Shown one piece after another: positions 26,867 through 39,748 of a stretch of 64,000 nt of DNA (its first letter is position 1; each line of letters opens with the position of its first letter). The stretch lies in the NCBI RefSeq assembly GCF_009914755.1, contig NC_060940.1, one strand, 5' to 3'. The DNA is from the human T2T-CHM13v2.0 reference genome, Homo sapiens. The position numbers were made by a program, and so were the translations under genes. The notes below the pieces were generated by a model. It was not told the DNA's origin. It searched no databases and saw only the letters and a program-made list of their open reading frames with translations.

Positions 26867-27684
26867 GTAGAAGAAAATATTGAAATATCTAAGCAACGTA
26901 CAGTTTAGTACTACCCATCCAAATCTTATGTGGCAATAATTACTACCCAAAGGAAAGCTTTGCTGGCCTTATTATCTGTATCTGTACGGCAAGAGGAAGT
27001 AGAGGTATACAAAGGATATTTACTGTAAATACAATTAGTAACTACAACCCATTCCTTCTTGTATATAAAGCCTATTTCCCTAGGTCTCTGTAGTCAGTCT
27101 AGACAGGCAAAATCCTCTTTTATTAGTATAACACTTGTGAAAATTAGAGTAAACAAATTTACTTGAATTCTGAGAGGCTGTGAGACATGATTCACTCAAC
27201 AAATACTTCAGACTCAAAGACTGGGTTAAATTAGGGCATGAGAGATTAGAAAATTTGATTTGTAAAAGTGCAAAGAAAGTCATGAACACAGGTTTATTTT
27301 GTGAACTTCAGTTCAGTGTAGACAGGTTCTCAGTGGCATCCAGGTGAAAGAAAACTAGAGCTTCTCTGATTAAAGCTGATCTCTTCCTATTGGCCTATTC
27401 CCTACACCTGTAGAGTTTCAAAATAAATCCTAGGGCTCCTGGGAGACTATTTAGGGGTGAAAAGGCAAGGCCCAAATATTACCTATAATACGGCAGTTAA
27501 TGGAAAATAATTTGCAAAGATAAAATCAGACTAGGTTGTGAAAAGATTAAATATTAATTGTGGAGTTTGAATTGCATTCTATAAGTGATAATATTTATTA
27601 AGATGAATATTAGGCCAGGTGTTTGGGGTATAAGATATACGTTAGTATGTAGCAGTGTGCCCAGGTAAAGACTTAATTTGATTT

Positions 27685-27753
27685 ATGTGTGTGTGTGTTT
27701 GTGTGTGTGTGTAGAGAGAGAGTGAGAGAGACAAAGAGAGAGAGAGAGAGAGA
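27685..27753. repeat. Compound (TG)n/(AG)n microsatellite
   Basis: tgtgtgtgtgtgtttgtgtgtgtgtgtagagagagagtgagagag..., located at the 3' end of the MLT2D LTR. Confidence 0.85.
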
Positions 27754-28109
27754 TTGAGATTTTGATTACTTGTCTTATAGGATGGTGGAGGTTGGCCAAG
27801 TCCAAAATCTGATGGGTATAGGCTGGAAAGCAGGAGACATAGGGAAGATTTATGGTTGGATTCTAAAAGTAGTCTGCTGGCAAAATTCTTTCTTGCTCAG
27901 GAGAGATAAGTCTGGGTCCTATTAGGGCCTTCAACTGATTGGGTGAGGCCCACCCACATTATGGAGGCAATCAGCTTTACTCAAATTTCACTGGTTTAAA
28001 TGTTAATTCCATCCAAAATGTATCTTCAGAGAAACCTCTAGAAGAATATTTGGTCAAATATCTGAGCACTACTTCCTAGCCAAGTTGACATATAAAATTA
28101 AATATTACA
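27710..28109 (-). mobile_element. MLT2D-like ERVL solo LTR
   Basis: Reverse complement starts TGTAATATTTAATTTTATATGTCAACTTGGCTAGG and contains ggccttcaactgattgggtgaggcccacccacattatggagg on the plus strand. Confidence 0.82.
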
Positions 28110-28827
28110 TCTAAATCTTTCCCCACGAAATTATGATCAATAACCATAAGAAAGGAAGGCAAGGGTAGTGGTGCTTGGAATTTTAAACACGTCTCTCCTT
28201 TTAAATTAAAATTGGGTTATATTAGAGACCATTCAGCTATTTTCCAGGAAGATATTTGAGTTTGACCTCTTAAATTAAGTCACAGTTGTGATAGTTGTAA
28301 TTAATGCAACCCAAATAGGCCTTTTTGTTTCTGAGTTCAGGTTCTAAAGGAAGCTGGAAAACTCTATTGCTAGGGAGAGAACACTTTATGTTTCTAGAGG
28401 AAAAAAAAAACAATAAAGAAAATAAAAAGTCACTTGAAATGGTCTCTCTAGTTTCAGAAATATAGATATTATGGAGTCACCCAGGGAAAATAAAACCATT
28501 GTACTAGAGGAGGGGGACCTCAAGGAGGCTACAACTCTGTGACTGACAAAGTATCATGAGGGGCCTCCAAATCAAAGGAAGCATTGATGAAAGGATATTA
28601 CCTGCAGAACAAATTCTCATGTTCCAAGACATTTTCTCAGGGTCTGGGTTATAGAGACATCATTGTAGCCTAGACAAGTCACCGTGGTTGACTAGTGGAA
28701 GACCATACACAAGAGCACCCCTTGTGGCAGGGACAAGTAAGGACATCAGTAGAGATGGCTGATAGCACCAGAATCCTCCCTCTCTACACCCACATAGCTT
28801 TACATAGGAGTCTGATGTTTGAATTCT

Positions 28828-29137
28828 ATTTTTTTATCACCTGACCATCATTTAATAGTTTACATTAGGGTTCATTCTTGGTGTTGTACATTCTATGGGT
28901 TTTGACAAATGTGTAAGGACATGCAGCCATCATTATAGCTTCATACTGAATACCTTCACTGCCCCAAAAATCCTCTGTGTTCCACCTAATCATGTCTTTT
29001 ACCTCCAGCCCTGGCAACCACTGATCTTTTTCCTGTCTCCAGTTTTGCCTCTTCTAGAATGTCATATAGTTGGTTTTATACAGTATGTGAAACCATTAAA
29101 AGACATGGAGGAAGCTTAAATGCATATTACTAAGTGA
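28828..29137 (-). mobile_element. Retro-inserted, 5'-inverted fragment of L1MC-type 3'UTR sequence
   Basis: Minus-strand L1MC 3'UTR at ~28855-29088 and an inverted plus-strand piece at ~29090-29137. Perfect 15-bp direct repeat TGATGTTTGAATTCT at 28813-28827 and 29135-29149, with a short T tract at 28829-28835. Confidence 0.8.
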
Positions 29138-30089
29138 TGTTTGAATTCTTTAGGTGCTTAAGTTCTAAGGACAAAGAAGGGCATGGTGGAGACAAGACAC
29201 TGAAACTGTATTCTTAACAATTTGGGAGGTAGCCAGTTATAATACAATTTTGGGGAAAAAAGGATTGTAGCTTCACTTTTGTTATACGTGAGAGGGGACA
29301 GTTTTGACGCATGGCATCATTTTATCAACACAATAACTGACAAGCTTTTTAAATATCCCTCATTTTATAGATGAAATTGTGAAATTAGGTGCTAAATTAC
29401 TTATTTGAGATCACTCAGGAAATAAGTGGGAAAGTGTGTATTTAGATTTTGCCCAAGATTTCAACATTTTAGTGACTTGATCGGCTTCATTCAAAATAAG
29501 TCAAAGTTATGAATAATTTTGAAAATGTGATTTTGTTGTCAAAGGCATATTAGAAAAGGAATGTTTTTTCTTTGTTAATGTATAAGATTTCTGTAGCAGC
29601 CACTGATGCTCGAGTATTTTATTTTCAGAAGTCTCAGCTTTTCTATTAGTCCTCTGATAAGAACATAAATGTTCATCAGGTTGTATATTATGTGTCATCA
29701 GCATTCTTTTGTTCATGTGGGAGTCATCCTTTTGTTCATCAACATCATTTGCAGTTATAACTGTGGAAAATGGTTGTCAAAGTGTATAGAACTCTTATAG
29801 AAATCAAAACCAAAAATATGCATTGAGAATTGATCTCCATATATCTGACAAGAACATAGGCATCTTGGAACCACATCAATTTCAACTTTCAACCACTAGT
29901 CAATGGTTTATTGTGAACACTTCATTGAGAATTTGATCAGACAAAAGCTATGACATGAAAATTCAACACAAAGGCATAAAATTACATTATGGCTATGAAG
30001 AGAAGGGATTCATTCTTCCCAGAAAGATGATGCTTATAAAAATAAAAATTAAATACATTATACATATTTGTATCAGTGAATAAACTTGT

Positions 30090-30235
30090 TTTTTAATTAA
30101 TTAATTTATTTATTTTGTAGTGACGGGGTCTTACTATGTTGACCAGGCTGGTCTCGAACTCCTGGCCTCAAGCACTTTTCTCACCTTGGCCTCCCAAAAT
30201 GCTGAGATCACAGGCATGAGTTACCATGCCTGGCC
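30090..30235 (-). mobile_element. FLAM or Alu left monomer
   Basis: tttgtagtgacggggtcttactatgttgaccaggctggtctcgaactcctggcctcaag...catgcctggcc. Only one monomer is present. Confidence 0.85.
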
Positions 30236-30276
30236 TAAAGTTTTTAAAAATGTAATTCATAGGGTAGAAGTTAGAC

Positions 30277-30595
30277 CAGCAGTCCTCAGCCTTTTTGGCA
30301 CCAGAGACTGATTTCCTGGAAGAAAATTTTTTCACAGGCTTGTGGGTGGTGATGGTTTTGAGATGAAATTGTTCCACCTCAGATCATCAGGCATTAGTTA
30401 GATTCTCATAAGGAGCATGGAACCTACATTTGTCACATGCACAGTTCACAATAGGGTTGACGCTTCTATGAGAATCTAATGGTAACACTGATAGGACAGA
30501 AGGTGGAGCTCAGGCAGTAATGCCTGCTCCCCCACCGCTCACCTCCTGCTGTGTGGCCCAGTTCCTAACATGCCATGGTGGGGTGGGGACCCCTC
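30277..30595 (+). mobile_element. MER1B (hAT-Charlie non-autonomous DNA transposon)
   Basis: cagcagtcctcagcctttttggcaccag...gttccacctcagatcatcaggcattag...ggggacccct. 8-bp TSD agttagac/tgttagac. Confidence 0.9.
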
Positions 30596-31255
30596 TGTTA
30601 GACCATGTGTTTCAGAAAGAACTTTGCAGATAATTCTGTCTATAATGATGCTCATTAGGAATACACTGATATACTCAATACTAGATAAGAGACAAATGAA
30701 AAAAATGGGAAGCTTTAATGTCCTTTTCCAAAAGGTGTTTTGCTATGCTATGTTCTAATATCACAGGGAAAAAAACTGCTCCTTATCTCTCTAGGATGAT
30801 GAAGCAACAGTACTTGCATTCATTGAAAAAGATGATATCCAATGGATTGTTTAATTAGAATGGATTATCTGCTTTAATTGTGAAAGGGCATATGAAGGAA
30901 TATTATTTACAATATCAAAGAGCCTTGGACTGATCATCTATTTAGCCAACACGCCTGGGTCTTGATCCTGTGATAAGTGAGACTGAGTACCCCAGTAGGG
31001 AAGTTTTGAGATGGCTAGGAGGAAGCCAAGAAAGATTAAATTTCTCTTCCTGGTGTCAGTAAAGTACCTGCAATCATTTCAAAATGATAGGATAGGGACA
31101 CAAATGGGCAGGGGATTTAGAGGGCTGTAAAGGACCTTAAAACACACCTTTTGCTTAAGGCCCAGTGTGTGTGGTGGAGATAAACAAACACAAGAAATTC
31201 AACACAGATTTTTGTCAATGTTGGTTTTAACTTGTGCCACAAATAGCTCATCACA

Positions 31256-31548
31256 TTTTTTTTTTTTCAAGACAGAGTCTTGCTCTGTCACCCAGGCTGG
31301 AGTGCTGTGGTATGCTCTTGGCTCACTGCAATCTCCGCCTCCCAGTTTCAAGCAATTCTGCTGCCTCAGGCTCGCGAGTAGCTGGGATTACAGGCACCTG
31401 CCACCACACCCGGCTAATTTTTGTATTTTTAGTAGAGACACGGTTTCACCATGTTGGCCAGGCTGGTCTCAAACTCCTGATCTCGTGATCTGCCTGCTTC
31501 GAGCTCCCAAAGGGCTGGGATTATAGGTGTGAGCCACCACGCCCAGCC
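31256..31548 (-). mobile_element. Full-length Alu, AluSg-like
   Basis: Complete dimer containing aactcctgatctcgtgatc. TSD gctcatcacatttttt on both sides (from 31246 and 31550). Confidence 0.95.
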
Positions 31549-31589
31549 TGCTCATCACATTTTTAGCAGTGCTTCCAGGTGAGATTCAT

Positions 31590-31760
31590 TGGATACATTT
31601 TTTTATCTAATTTTGCCACTCATCTATGACTACCATTTTAGAGATGAATAATATGAGGCTTCGAGAGATCAAAGAATTCTCTCAAAGTCACACAGGTCTT
31701 AAGTGGTGGAGCCAGTAACCCAAATGTTATTGTTACAAAGTGTACATTTGTTAATACTAT
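31590..31760 (-). mobile_element. MIR fragment
   Basis: ccattttagagatgaataatatgaggcttcgagagatcaaag...ctcaaagtcacacaggtcttaagtggtggagccag. Confidence 0.7.
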
Positions 31761-31787
31761 AATACTGTTTGCTTTACTGTTAATTGT

Positions 31788-31972
31788 TTTAACTTTTCGT
31801 TTCAAAATATTATATATTCACAGAACCTTGCAAAAACAGTACATAAGAGTCCCATGTACCCTTCCCCCAGCTTCTTCCACTGGTAACAGCTTATGTAATT
31901 TTAATGCAATATCAAAACCAAGAAGCCATATTGGTATGATATTGTTAACTGGACCATGGTGATCATTCAGTT
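31788..31972 (-). mobile_element. L1MB7/8-type 3' end fragment
   Basis: attcacagaaccttgcaaaaacagtac...gtcccatgtacccttcccccagc...caatatcaaaaccaagaa. Confidence 0.7.
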
Positions 31973-32315
31973 ATTGTTATTTATTAATTTATATTACTAT
32001 AATTGAAAATAAACTATGTTATTTGAGGAGTTAGCCTAGTACAAAAGGAAAATTGCAGGTAATTTACAGATGAAGTCCTGCTCTAAGAATACACGAAACA
32101 CTGAAAATGAATTTCCATTATAAGTGCAATTGCAGTCTTAAGAGAAGTAGGTCTTAACAAGTTGTGACTACCTGGCATTAAATAAAAGTAGTCACATCAC
32201 GGATTCAATTTTCTCTTAAGAGCAAGTGTTCAGTACATTCTTTAATATCAAGTGGTCAGTGCCAAACTCGTTTTTTCTCCAAGTCATAAAGTTCAGAGAA
32301 GAAATATAAAAATCA

Positions 32316-33098
<783 letters not shown>

Positions 33099-34309
33099 TC
33101 AGGTCTTCATGCCCCATGGCAGAAGCCTTAGGATGAATTAAATTAGAATAGAATTTCTACCTTTCCTGTCTCTTTCAACAGCCCCACCCAACAGGATAAT
33201 CAGTAAAAAAAATTTCCTGGAATGGAAGAATAAAGCTACTTAATTTATCTGACAAATAAAAGAGAAGCAGTCAATATAAATATATTTTGCTATTTTTAAG
33301 AAAATAACATTCAGACTAGAAGAGAAAATACAAGTGCATATACATTTTGTATTTGCAGCACTGCTAAATAGTTGCCATAGGATTTCCGCTATTGACAGGC
33401 AGATCCCTATTAGTCAATAGGTAATGTTTTTCAGGAAACGTTTTCAAATAAATTGGCTCATAATGATAGCACTCAGAGGAAATAGGAGGTTTATAAAGTA
33501 CTTCTTACACATTGGGAATATTTTGAAGGATTGAATGGATGTGTGGAGAGGTGAAGTTTCACTATATCATCATCAATAAGACTTAATAAACTATTGGCTC
33601 TTTATTTTACAAGACAAAAAGTCAAGAGGAATTAGGAAAGGTGGGTTTTCTGCAGAAGTACAATATATCAGGCACCTATTTTTAGTTTTTAGGGTTTTCC
33701 TTCTACATTATTCTTTCATGTTTCTGAAATCAATTTTCTTCTTTCTTTCCATCATTTGTTTTTCCTTCCTTTTTTCCTTCCATTCTCCACTTTGTCATCC
33801 CTCCCCCATCAAAATGATTTTACTCATTGCTTTTAGCATGCAACCCCCATTGCTTTAATGTATTCGTCAATTCATCTTAGTTATTTATATGGTTCTATGA
33901 GGGCAGAGATTGTACTACATATTCTCAACATGGATTATACTGCTTGGCACACTGGTTACATGTGGCAAAGCAACTGTTAAGCAGACAATTCTAGAAAAAC
34001 AATTCTGTAAAGCAAAAGTCTGGAAACCCACATGTATTTTACATACCCTACCAAAATCTGGATTCTAAGGAGAGTGATGTTAACTCAAGAGGAGGGGCAG
34101 GAGAAGAGAGGGATGTGGGCTCCCATCTGGGCTCCCTTCAGCTTACTTTGGGGCATTTACATCTCCATGATCAATTCTTGTCTGTCATTTTTATCCTCAT
34201 GAATTTCTTTTGTTATAAGTGGAATCTCAGAATTCAACTCTCCTTCTTCCATGGAAAAGTCCACACATTTATTTGTAAATTGTGTCTAATAATACTATCT
34301 TATAATAAT

Positions 34310-34510
34310 AGGAAGAACATTGGCCTGATGTCATGAGTTTTGAGTTCTAGTCCCAGTAGGTCACTTTATGTTGTCTGTGACTTTGGTCCAGTTTTCTTAG
34401 CCGTAAAGTGTATCCATCGATGTCCATATTATAGCATTATTGCAACGATTAAATAATATGATGCATCTTAACAGTTTAGCACAGAACCTGGCACAATGTA
34501 GAAACTCTTC
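34310..34510 (+). mobile_element. MIR SINE
   Basis: gagttctagtcccag...tgtgactttgg...gattaaataatatgatgc...agcacagaacctggcacaatgtag. Confidence 0.65.
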
Positions 34511-34834
34511 ATTTTAACAGTAATTGTTTCTTTCAACTTTGTCTTATTTTCTTTGCTTTTCTAATCTTTAGACACTTACACTTTCTTTGATGTTCTTTTT
34601 GTCAGGTTTATATTGAGTAAAAACTGCCTATATTTCTGTCACTTTTTGCAAAGTAGGAATTTTAAATTGACATTATTAAATATAACGGTATCACAATTTG
34701 GAGAAGAAAATAATACTTACCTTGGAGAAAATAGTCTCCATGCAGCATTTTAACTGGGATGCCTTCTTTGGGAGGATAAGTGTGGTCTTTGACATCTGCC
34801 TGACTCCATTATATCTAAGGGACCATTGCCAGAT

Positions 34835-35220
34835 CTTGCCCCATACGTGCCTCTTAGAAACATTTGGGGAACTTTAAAAATGGTCTGATTCTTGAGCATT
34901 CCCACAGACCAATTAACCAAGAATTTCTGGGCATGGCCATCAGCAATGATAGTTTATTTTTATTAATTTTTCAAATGGCTTAGGTAACTCTAATAGGGCA
35001 CCATGGCAAAGAACCATTAATATATAAATAAATGTTTCTCAATGTGTAGTAAATTGGCAACATTAATTAGAATTACCTGGGGAGAATTAATAAAGAGTAT
35101 GAATTCTTGGCACTAGCAAAACTTACTGGATCATAATTTCTGAGAGGGGATACAGGGACAGCTATTTTTACGAGCACTTTAGTTGATGCATAGGTACCAT
35201 GAAGTTTGGTAGCTAGTATT
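34835..35220. mobile_element. Two adjacent MER5-family (hAT-Charlie) relics
   Basis: ttagaaacatttggggaactttaaaaa...cccacagaccaattaaccaagaatttctggg...aagaaccatt, followed by gtttctcaatgtgtag...attagaattacctgggga...ttactggatcataatttctg...aagtttggtagctag. Confidence 0.55.
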
Positions 35221-35278
35221 CTAAAGTTTTTGAAATTGCAGCCTCTATCTGACTTGTAACACCTGCCTTATTAGCACC

Positions 35279-35881
35279 TGTCTTATTCTGTGCTGCCATA
35301 ACAGAATAGCACAGACTGGGTAATTTATCAAGATCAAAAATTGATTTCTCATAGTTCTGGAGCCTGGGAAGTGCAAGATCAAGGTGCTGGCATTTGGTGA
35401 AGGCATCCTTGCTGCATTTTCACATGGGGAGAAATGCTCTGACCTCACAAGATGGAAGGTAGAAGGGCAAGCTAGCAAAATGCTATGTGAAGCCTCTTCA
35501 TTAGGGGTCCTGAATACATTCACAGGGGAAGAGCCCTCGTGACCTAATCACTTCTTAAAGGCCCCAGCTCTTAATATAATCATATTGGCAACATGTATGT
35601 ATTTTTTAAATTAATTATTTCTTTATTTTTTATTGTTACTGAGATGAGGTCTCATTGTGTTGCCCAGGCTGATCTTGAACTCCTGGGCTCAAGTAATTCT
35701 CCTGCCTCAGCTTCCCAACCTATGGGATTACAACTGTAAGACATCATGCCTGGCCTTTAAAAAAATTATCTTCTCTTTTTTTTAGTTTTTATTTTTTAAT
35801 TTGTTGTACGAACAGGGTCTTGCTATTTTTCCCAGGCTGGGAGCATGTAGATTTCAGAGGAGACATCCTCAATCTATAGCA
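35279..35881 (-). mobile_element. MSTD/MLT1A-type MaLR solo LTR interrupted by Alu monomers
   Basis: tgtcttattctgtgctgccataacagaatagcacagactgggtaattt up to ~35597, with terminus atttcagaggagacatcctcaatctatagca at 35851-35881. TSD gcacc/acacc. Confidence 0.8.
35602..35840 (-). mobile_element. FLAM monomer (35602-35755) plus truncated Alu/FLAM fragment (~35775-35840)
   Basis: gagatgaggtctcattgtgttgcccaggctgatcttgaactcctgggctcaag...catgcctggcc, then a T-rich tract and acagggtcttgctatttttcccaggctgg. Confidence 0.8.
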
Positions 35882-36619
35882 ACACCTCTGATAGGTTGTT
35901 TATTAGGCATAGAGCTTCCTTTTATTTCTGGACTCAAATTTTCTGCTCTTTTCATGAGAGAGATCACAAGACAGTTTTTTTTAGGGGCATTGGAAGTTTT
36001 TGTCCACTATGTTAGGAGCCGACTTCCTTAATCTGCCTACTTTGAATCCTAAGGGAGATTCTGCAAGTATCAGTCAAGTTTCCTAATGCAGATACTTGTG
36101 ACTTAAGTTCTCCAAAGCTCAGTTTTCTTATCTGTTAAGTACTATCTTTCAAGACTTGCAGGGAAGATGGAACAGAATAAATTTTCAAAGGCCTCAGCAC
36201 ATAGAAAATTCTCAAAAAATGTTAATAAGTCTTTTATAATAATTTCAGTTGTTCTTTAATTCTCTTAATTAAAAAGCAAAAATAAGATTCACCAAAAAGA
36301 ACAAGTCACACACTGTGAACAGAATGTAGTCACTTTACAAAACAGCTAACTCTTATGTATAACTATATACATACATGTATGTTATATTGCCATATGTTTA
36401 AAGATAAATGTATTCATAATTTTATGTACATATGACTATATGTAGTTTATTTTTAAGTAGTATTACACATATTTATATCAATGATATCAAGAAGAGTGGA
36501 GTTACAAACACACCAATTAAAAATCTCTCCATTACTGGGGTATTTGTAAAACCCAGGTATAGAGATAGATTATCACATAGTTATATACATTCAATGATGA
36601 GTGAGATAATAAATGAAGA

Positions 36620-36900
36620 AGAGCTGGCTTGAGTTTTACTGTCTGTGTTAGAATTTCAGCTGAATTACTCTTAACTCTGAGATCTTAGAAAATTTACTTA
36701 ATTACTCTGTGGCTCTGTTTTCTACTCTAGAGGCAGATTGTAACGATTGATTTACCAAATCATGTTGTGAGATGTAAGTAACATAATGTGTAATGAATTT
36801 TGGAGGGGACACATTCAACTATAGCAACATAAGGCATAATGCAGTACTTGGCTAAGTGTTACGGAAAACGTCATAAGTGCCAGGCACTCAGTTACTATTA
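36620..36900 (+). mobile_element. MIR SINE
   Basis: tactcttaactctgagatcttagaaaatttacttaattactctgtggctctgttttct...gttgtgagatg...aggcactca. Confidence 0.55.
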
Positions 36901-36951
36901 GGAAAGCACTTAGCAGTCTCTATGGTGTAGAGAAAATACTTACTAACAAAG

Positions 36952-37356
36952 TGTTATCAGCTGAATTGTATCCTCTTCAAATTCATATATGGAAGCCCTA
37001 ACCCCCTGCACCTCAGAATGTAACTGCATTTAGAGATTAGGCCTTTAAAGAGGAGATTAATTTAAATTAAGGACAGTAGGGTGAGCCCTACTCCAATATG
37101 ACTGGCTTCCTATAAGGAGGTTTGCACATACAAGAGACACCAGGAATGGGAGAACACAGAGGAAAGACCACGTGAAGACACAGTTAGAAAGCATCCATCT
37201 GCAAGCCAGGAAGAGAGGCCTCCAAAGAAATCAGACCTGCCAAAATCTTGATCTTGGACTTCTGGCCCCCAGAAGTGTGAGCAACAAATACATTTACGTG
37301 GTTTAAGTCACCTAGTCTGTGGTATTTTGTCACGGTGGCCCTAACAAACTAATACC
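36952..37356 (+). mobile_element. MLT1B MaLR solo LTR
   Basis: tgttatcagctgaattgtatcc...aattcatatatggaagccctaacccc...cacagaggaaagaccacgtgaagacacag...gccctaacaaactaatac. Confidence 0.88.
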
Positions 37357-39384
37357 TAGAGTAACTAAATTAAAAGAATGAATGATGTAGGGATGGGTAC
37401 CAGAAAGAAACACATTTATTCTCTCTCTCTCTCTTTTTTTTTTTTAACTACTATTCTTCCAAAAAACTTTCCTATCTCCCTTCCTCAGTCATGGACAGAA
37501 TCAAGCAGATCCCATTGCTTTTTGTTTTTGACACTTTTTGGCATTAAAACCTTCTCATGCATATTTAAATGTCCAATTCCGTGGCATATAAAAACTTAAT
37601 TCTTTCATCAGTTTAAAAAAAAACTTCATTCTTTCACCAGTTTAAAAAATATTTGCTCCCCCAACCCAGCTCAGTCTCCATAATCCTTAGGCCAGCTTTG
37701 TGTGGGTGGAGTCTGAGAAGCTCTTTCACTCTTCCTTCTCTTTCCTTTCTGCTCCTTCCCTCTTACTTAATTTATGGCTCTGACTCCTACAGAAGTTAGA
37801 GCAAAGGGGATGAGCGGAAGGGAAAAGGGTAGGGGGATGATTTTACTTAGAAGTGCTCTACCTTTCTCTTGTGTGTTAAATACGCTGGTGTGAACCCCAC
37901 AGCTATTCCCCTCCTGCCATGGAGCCTCTATCACCACCTGAGGCCGGTGCTGCCCTCTCCTGTTGGCCTCTTGCAATTCCCTTTCAGCTCCTGCTCCAGT
38001 GATCCTCTTGGGTGGAATCATTCAAGGAACTTCAGCTGGGGGGTCCCTTCTGTGCTGTCTACTTGCCTCATTCTTGGCATGCTGGTCCCTGAAAATGCAT
38101 CAGCTCCCTCCACTCCACTAGCTGTCCTGTGACAATCCTGCGGGTTCCTGAAACTCAGCTCTCCTTCTTCTATGGCTGAGTTTCTAGTTTCCTGTGCTGC
38201 CAGGCAGCTCCACTCTCCAACAGAAGTTGTTCTCTTTGAGCCCAACTCTCTTGCCTTGATTGGATATATCCGAGAACACAGAGCACTCTCTTTGGCCTAA
38301 AGCTTTACAAAGACATCTCTGATGTCTGCCAATATTTCTGTAAGCTATTATCACCTACAGTCTGGAGTTTGGCATTGGTCTGAGATTCTATACTGATGGT
38401 ACATTGGTTCTGCATTGGCTAATAGGGGTTCTGTACTGATGGTGTAATACCCTTTTGTAATTTGGAGTACTAATTATTCAATGCTTGCAGATGAAGCCAA
38501 CAAGGAAATGCCCGTTATTATCCTTTTATACTCTCTATGAACATGATGAAGAACTGACAGAGTTCTCAGCCTCTAGGCTTGTGTATTTCTCTCTCCTGTC
38601 ACAGGACTTTGCAATCTGTGGATTTTAAAAACCCAAGAAGGCCAGGTAATTACAAAAAGCATTTGTAACGTATTTCTTTTATTTATGCCCATAAAGAGGA
38701 CAGAAGATCTTTTGATTTTAAATATGCACAGAAAGATTGTCTGAGAAAAAATAAGTAAGATATTTCCCCCTTATTAATTCTATTTTGAAAGTGTCTGCAG
38801 ATGCAATATAGATGTGTGCAATGAAGAACACACATATTTTACTTGTACATCTCCAAAATAATTATATGAATTTAGAATTCCTTTCAAACAATGTTAGAAG
38901 TGCTCTATGATTATTTTAGACCAGGATGTATTTGTTTATTTTCTAAAGGTGTCTCACATTTCCCAGGAATATGGGTCTAATTTACATAGCATAAAGAATG
39001 CTATTTGAAAAGTTTTTGCTGATTTTGATCACAATGACTTCAAGGCAATGATTCCTCCTGCAGACCCCAGACATTTACTTAAACGGTAATCTATGAAGAA
39101 AACTCAGCTAGTCATACTTTTTATTAGATAGTTCTGGGAAAGTAATTGCTTAGGCACTAGTGTTCTGGGTTACCATAGTACTGTGAGTGGTGACTCACCA
39201 GAACTCTCCCTTCACAAAGACTCTAAGTCCTTATTGTCTTTATCATCACCGACAGCGTTTTAAGAGAGAGGGATATGGGGTGTCAATCTCATGTTTCATA
39301 TTTAGTTCCTGGATATAGTTTGACCCCCTATCTGCAGCACTCAAATTCTGAAATTCTGAGCTCCCGGTTGTCAAAAGAGGAAAA

Positions 39385-39394
39385 TCTATCTATC

Positions 39395-39439
<45 letters not shown>
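39385..39439. repeat. (TCTA)2 TCA (TCTA)11 tetranucleotide STR
   Basis: Counted directly; the perfect run is 39396-39439. Confidence 0.95.
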
Positions 39440-39440
<1 letters not shown>

Positions 39441-39487
39441 ATAATTCCTTAGAGAACCTTGCAAACTTTCATGTCTCTCACTTTCTC

Positions 39488-39748
39488 TTTTTTTTTTTTT
39501 TTTCAGCGAGAGTCTCTCTCTGTCACTTAAGCTGGGGTGCAGTGGTACAGTCAGAGGAGCTGGAGTTACAACTCCTGGGCTCAAGGTATCCTCCTGCTTC
39601 AGCCACCCAAGTAACTAGGATCACACACATGCACTATCACACCCAGAAATTTTTCAGTTTTTTTGTAGAGACGATGCCCTGCTATGTTTTCCATGCTGGT
39701 CTTTAACTACTGGCCTCAAGTGATCCTCCTGCCACACTGCACTCAGCT
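39488..39748 (-). mobile_element. Degenerate AluJ with internal deletion
   Basis: Poly-T, agtctctctctgtcacttaagctggggtgcagtgg...aactcctgggctcaag...ggcctcaagtgatcctcctgcc. The cccaaagtgctgggattacagg segment of the left arm is missing. Confidence 0.85.

Noticed and set aside
33375-33421. Overlapping short inverted repeats (ctattgac...gtcaatag)
   Set aside because: 8-bp arms are expected by chance in 64 kb, and no RNA family is recognisable.
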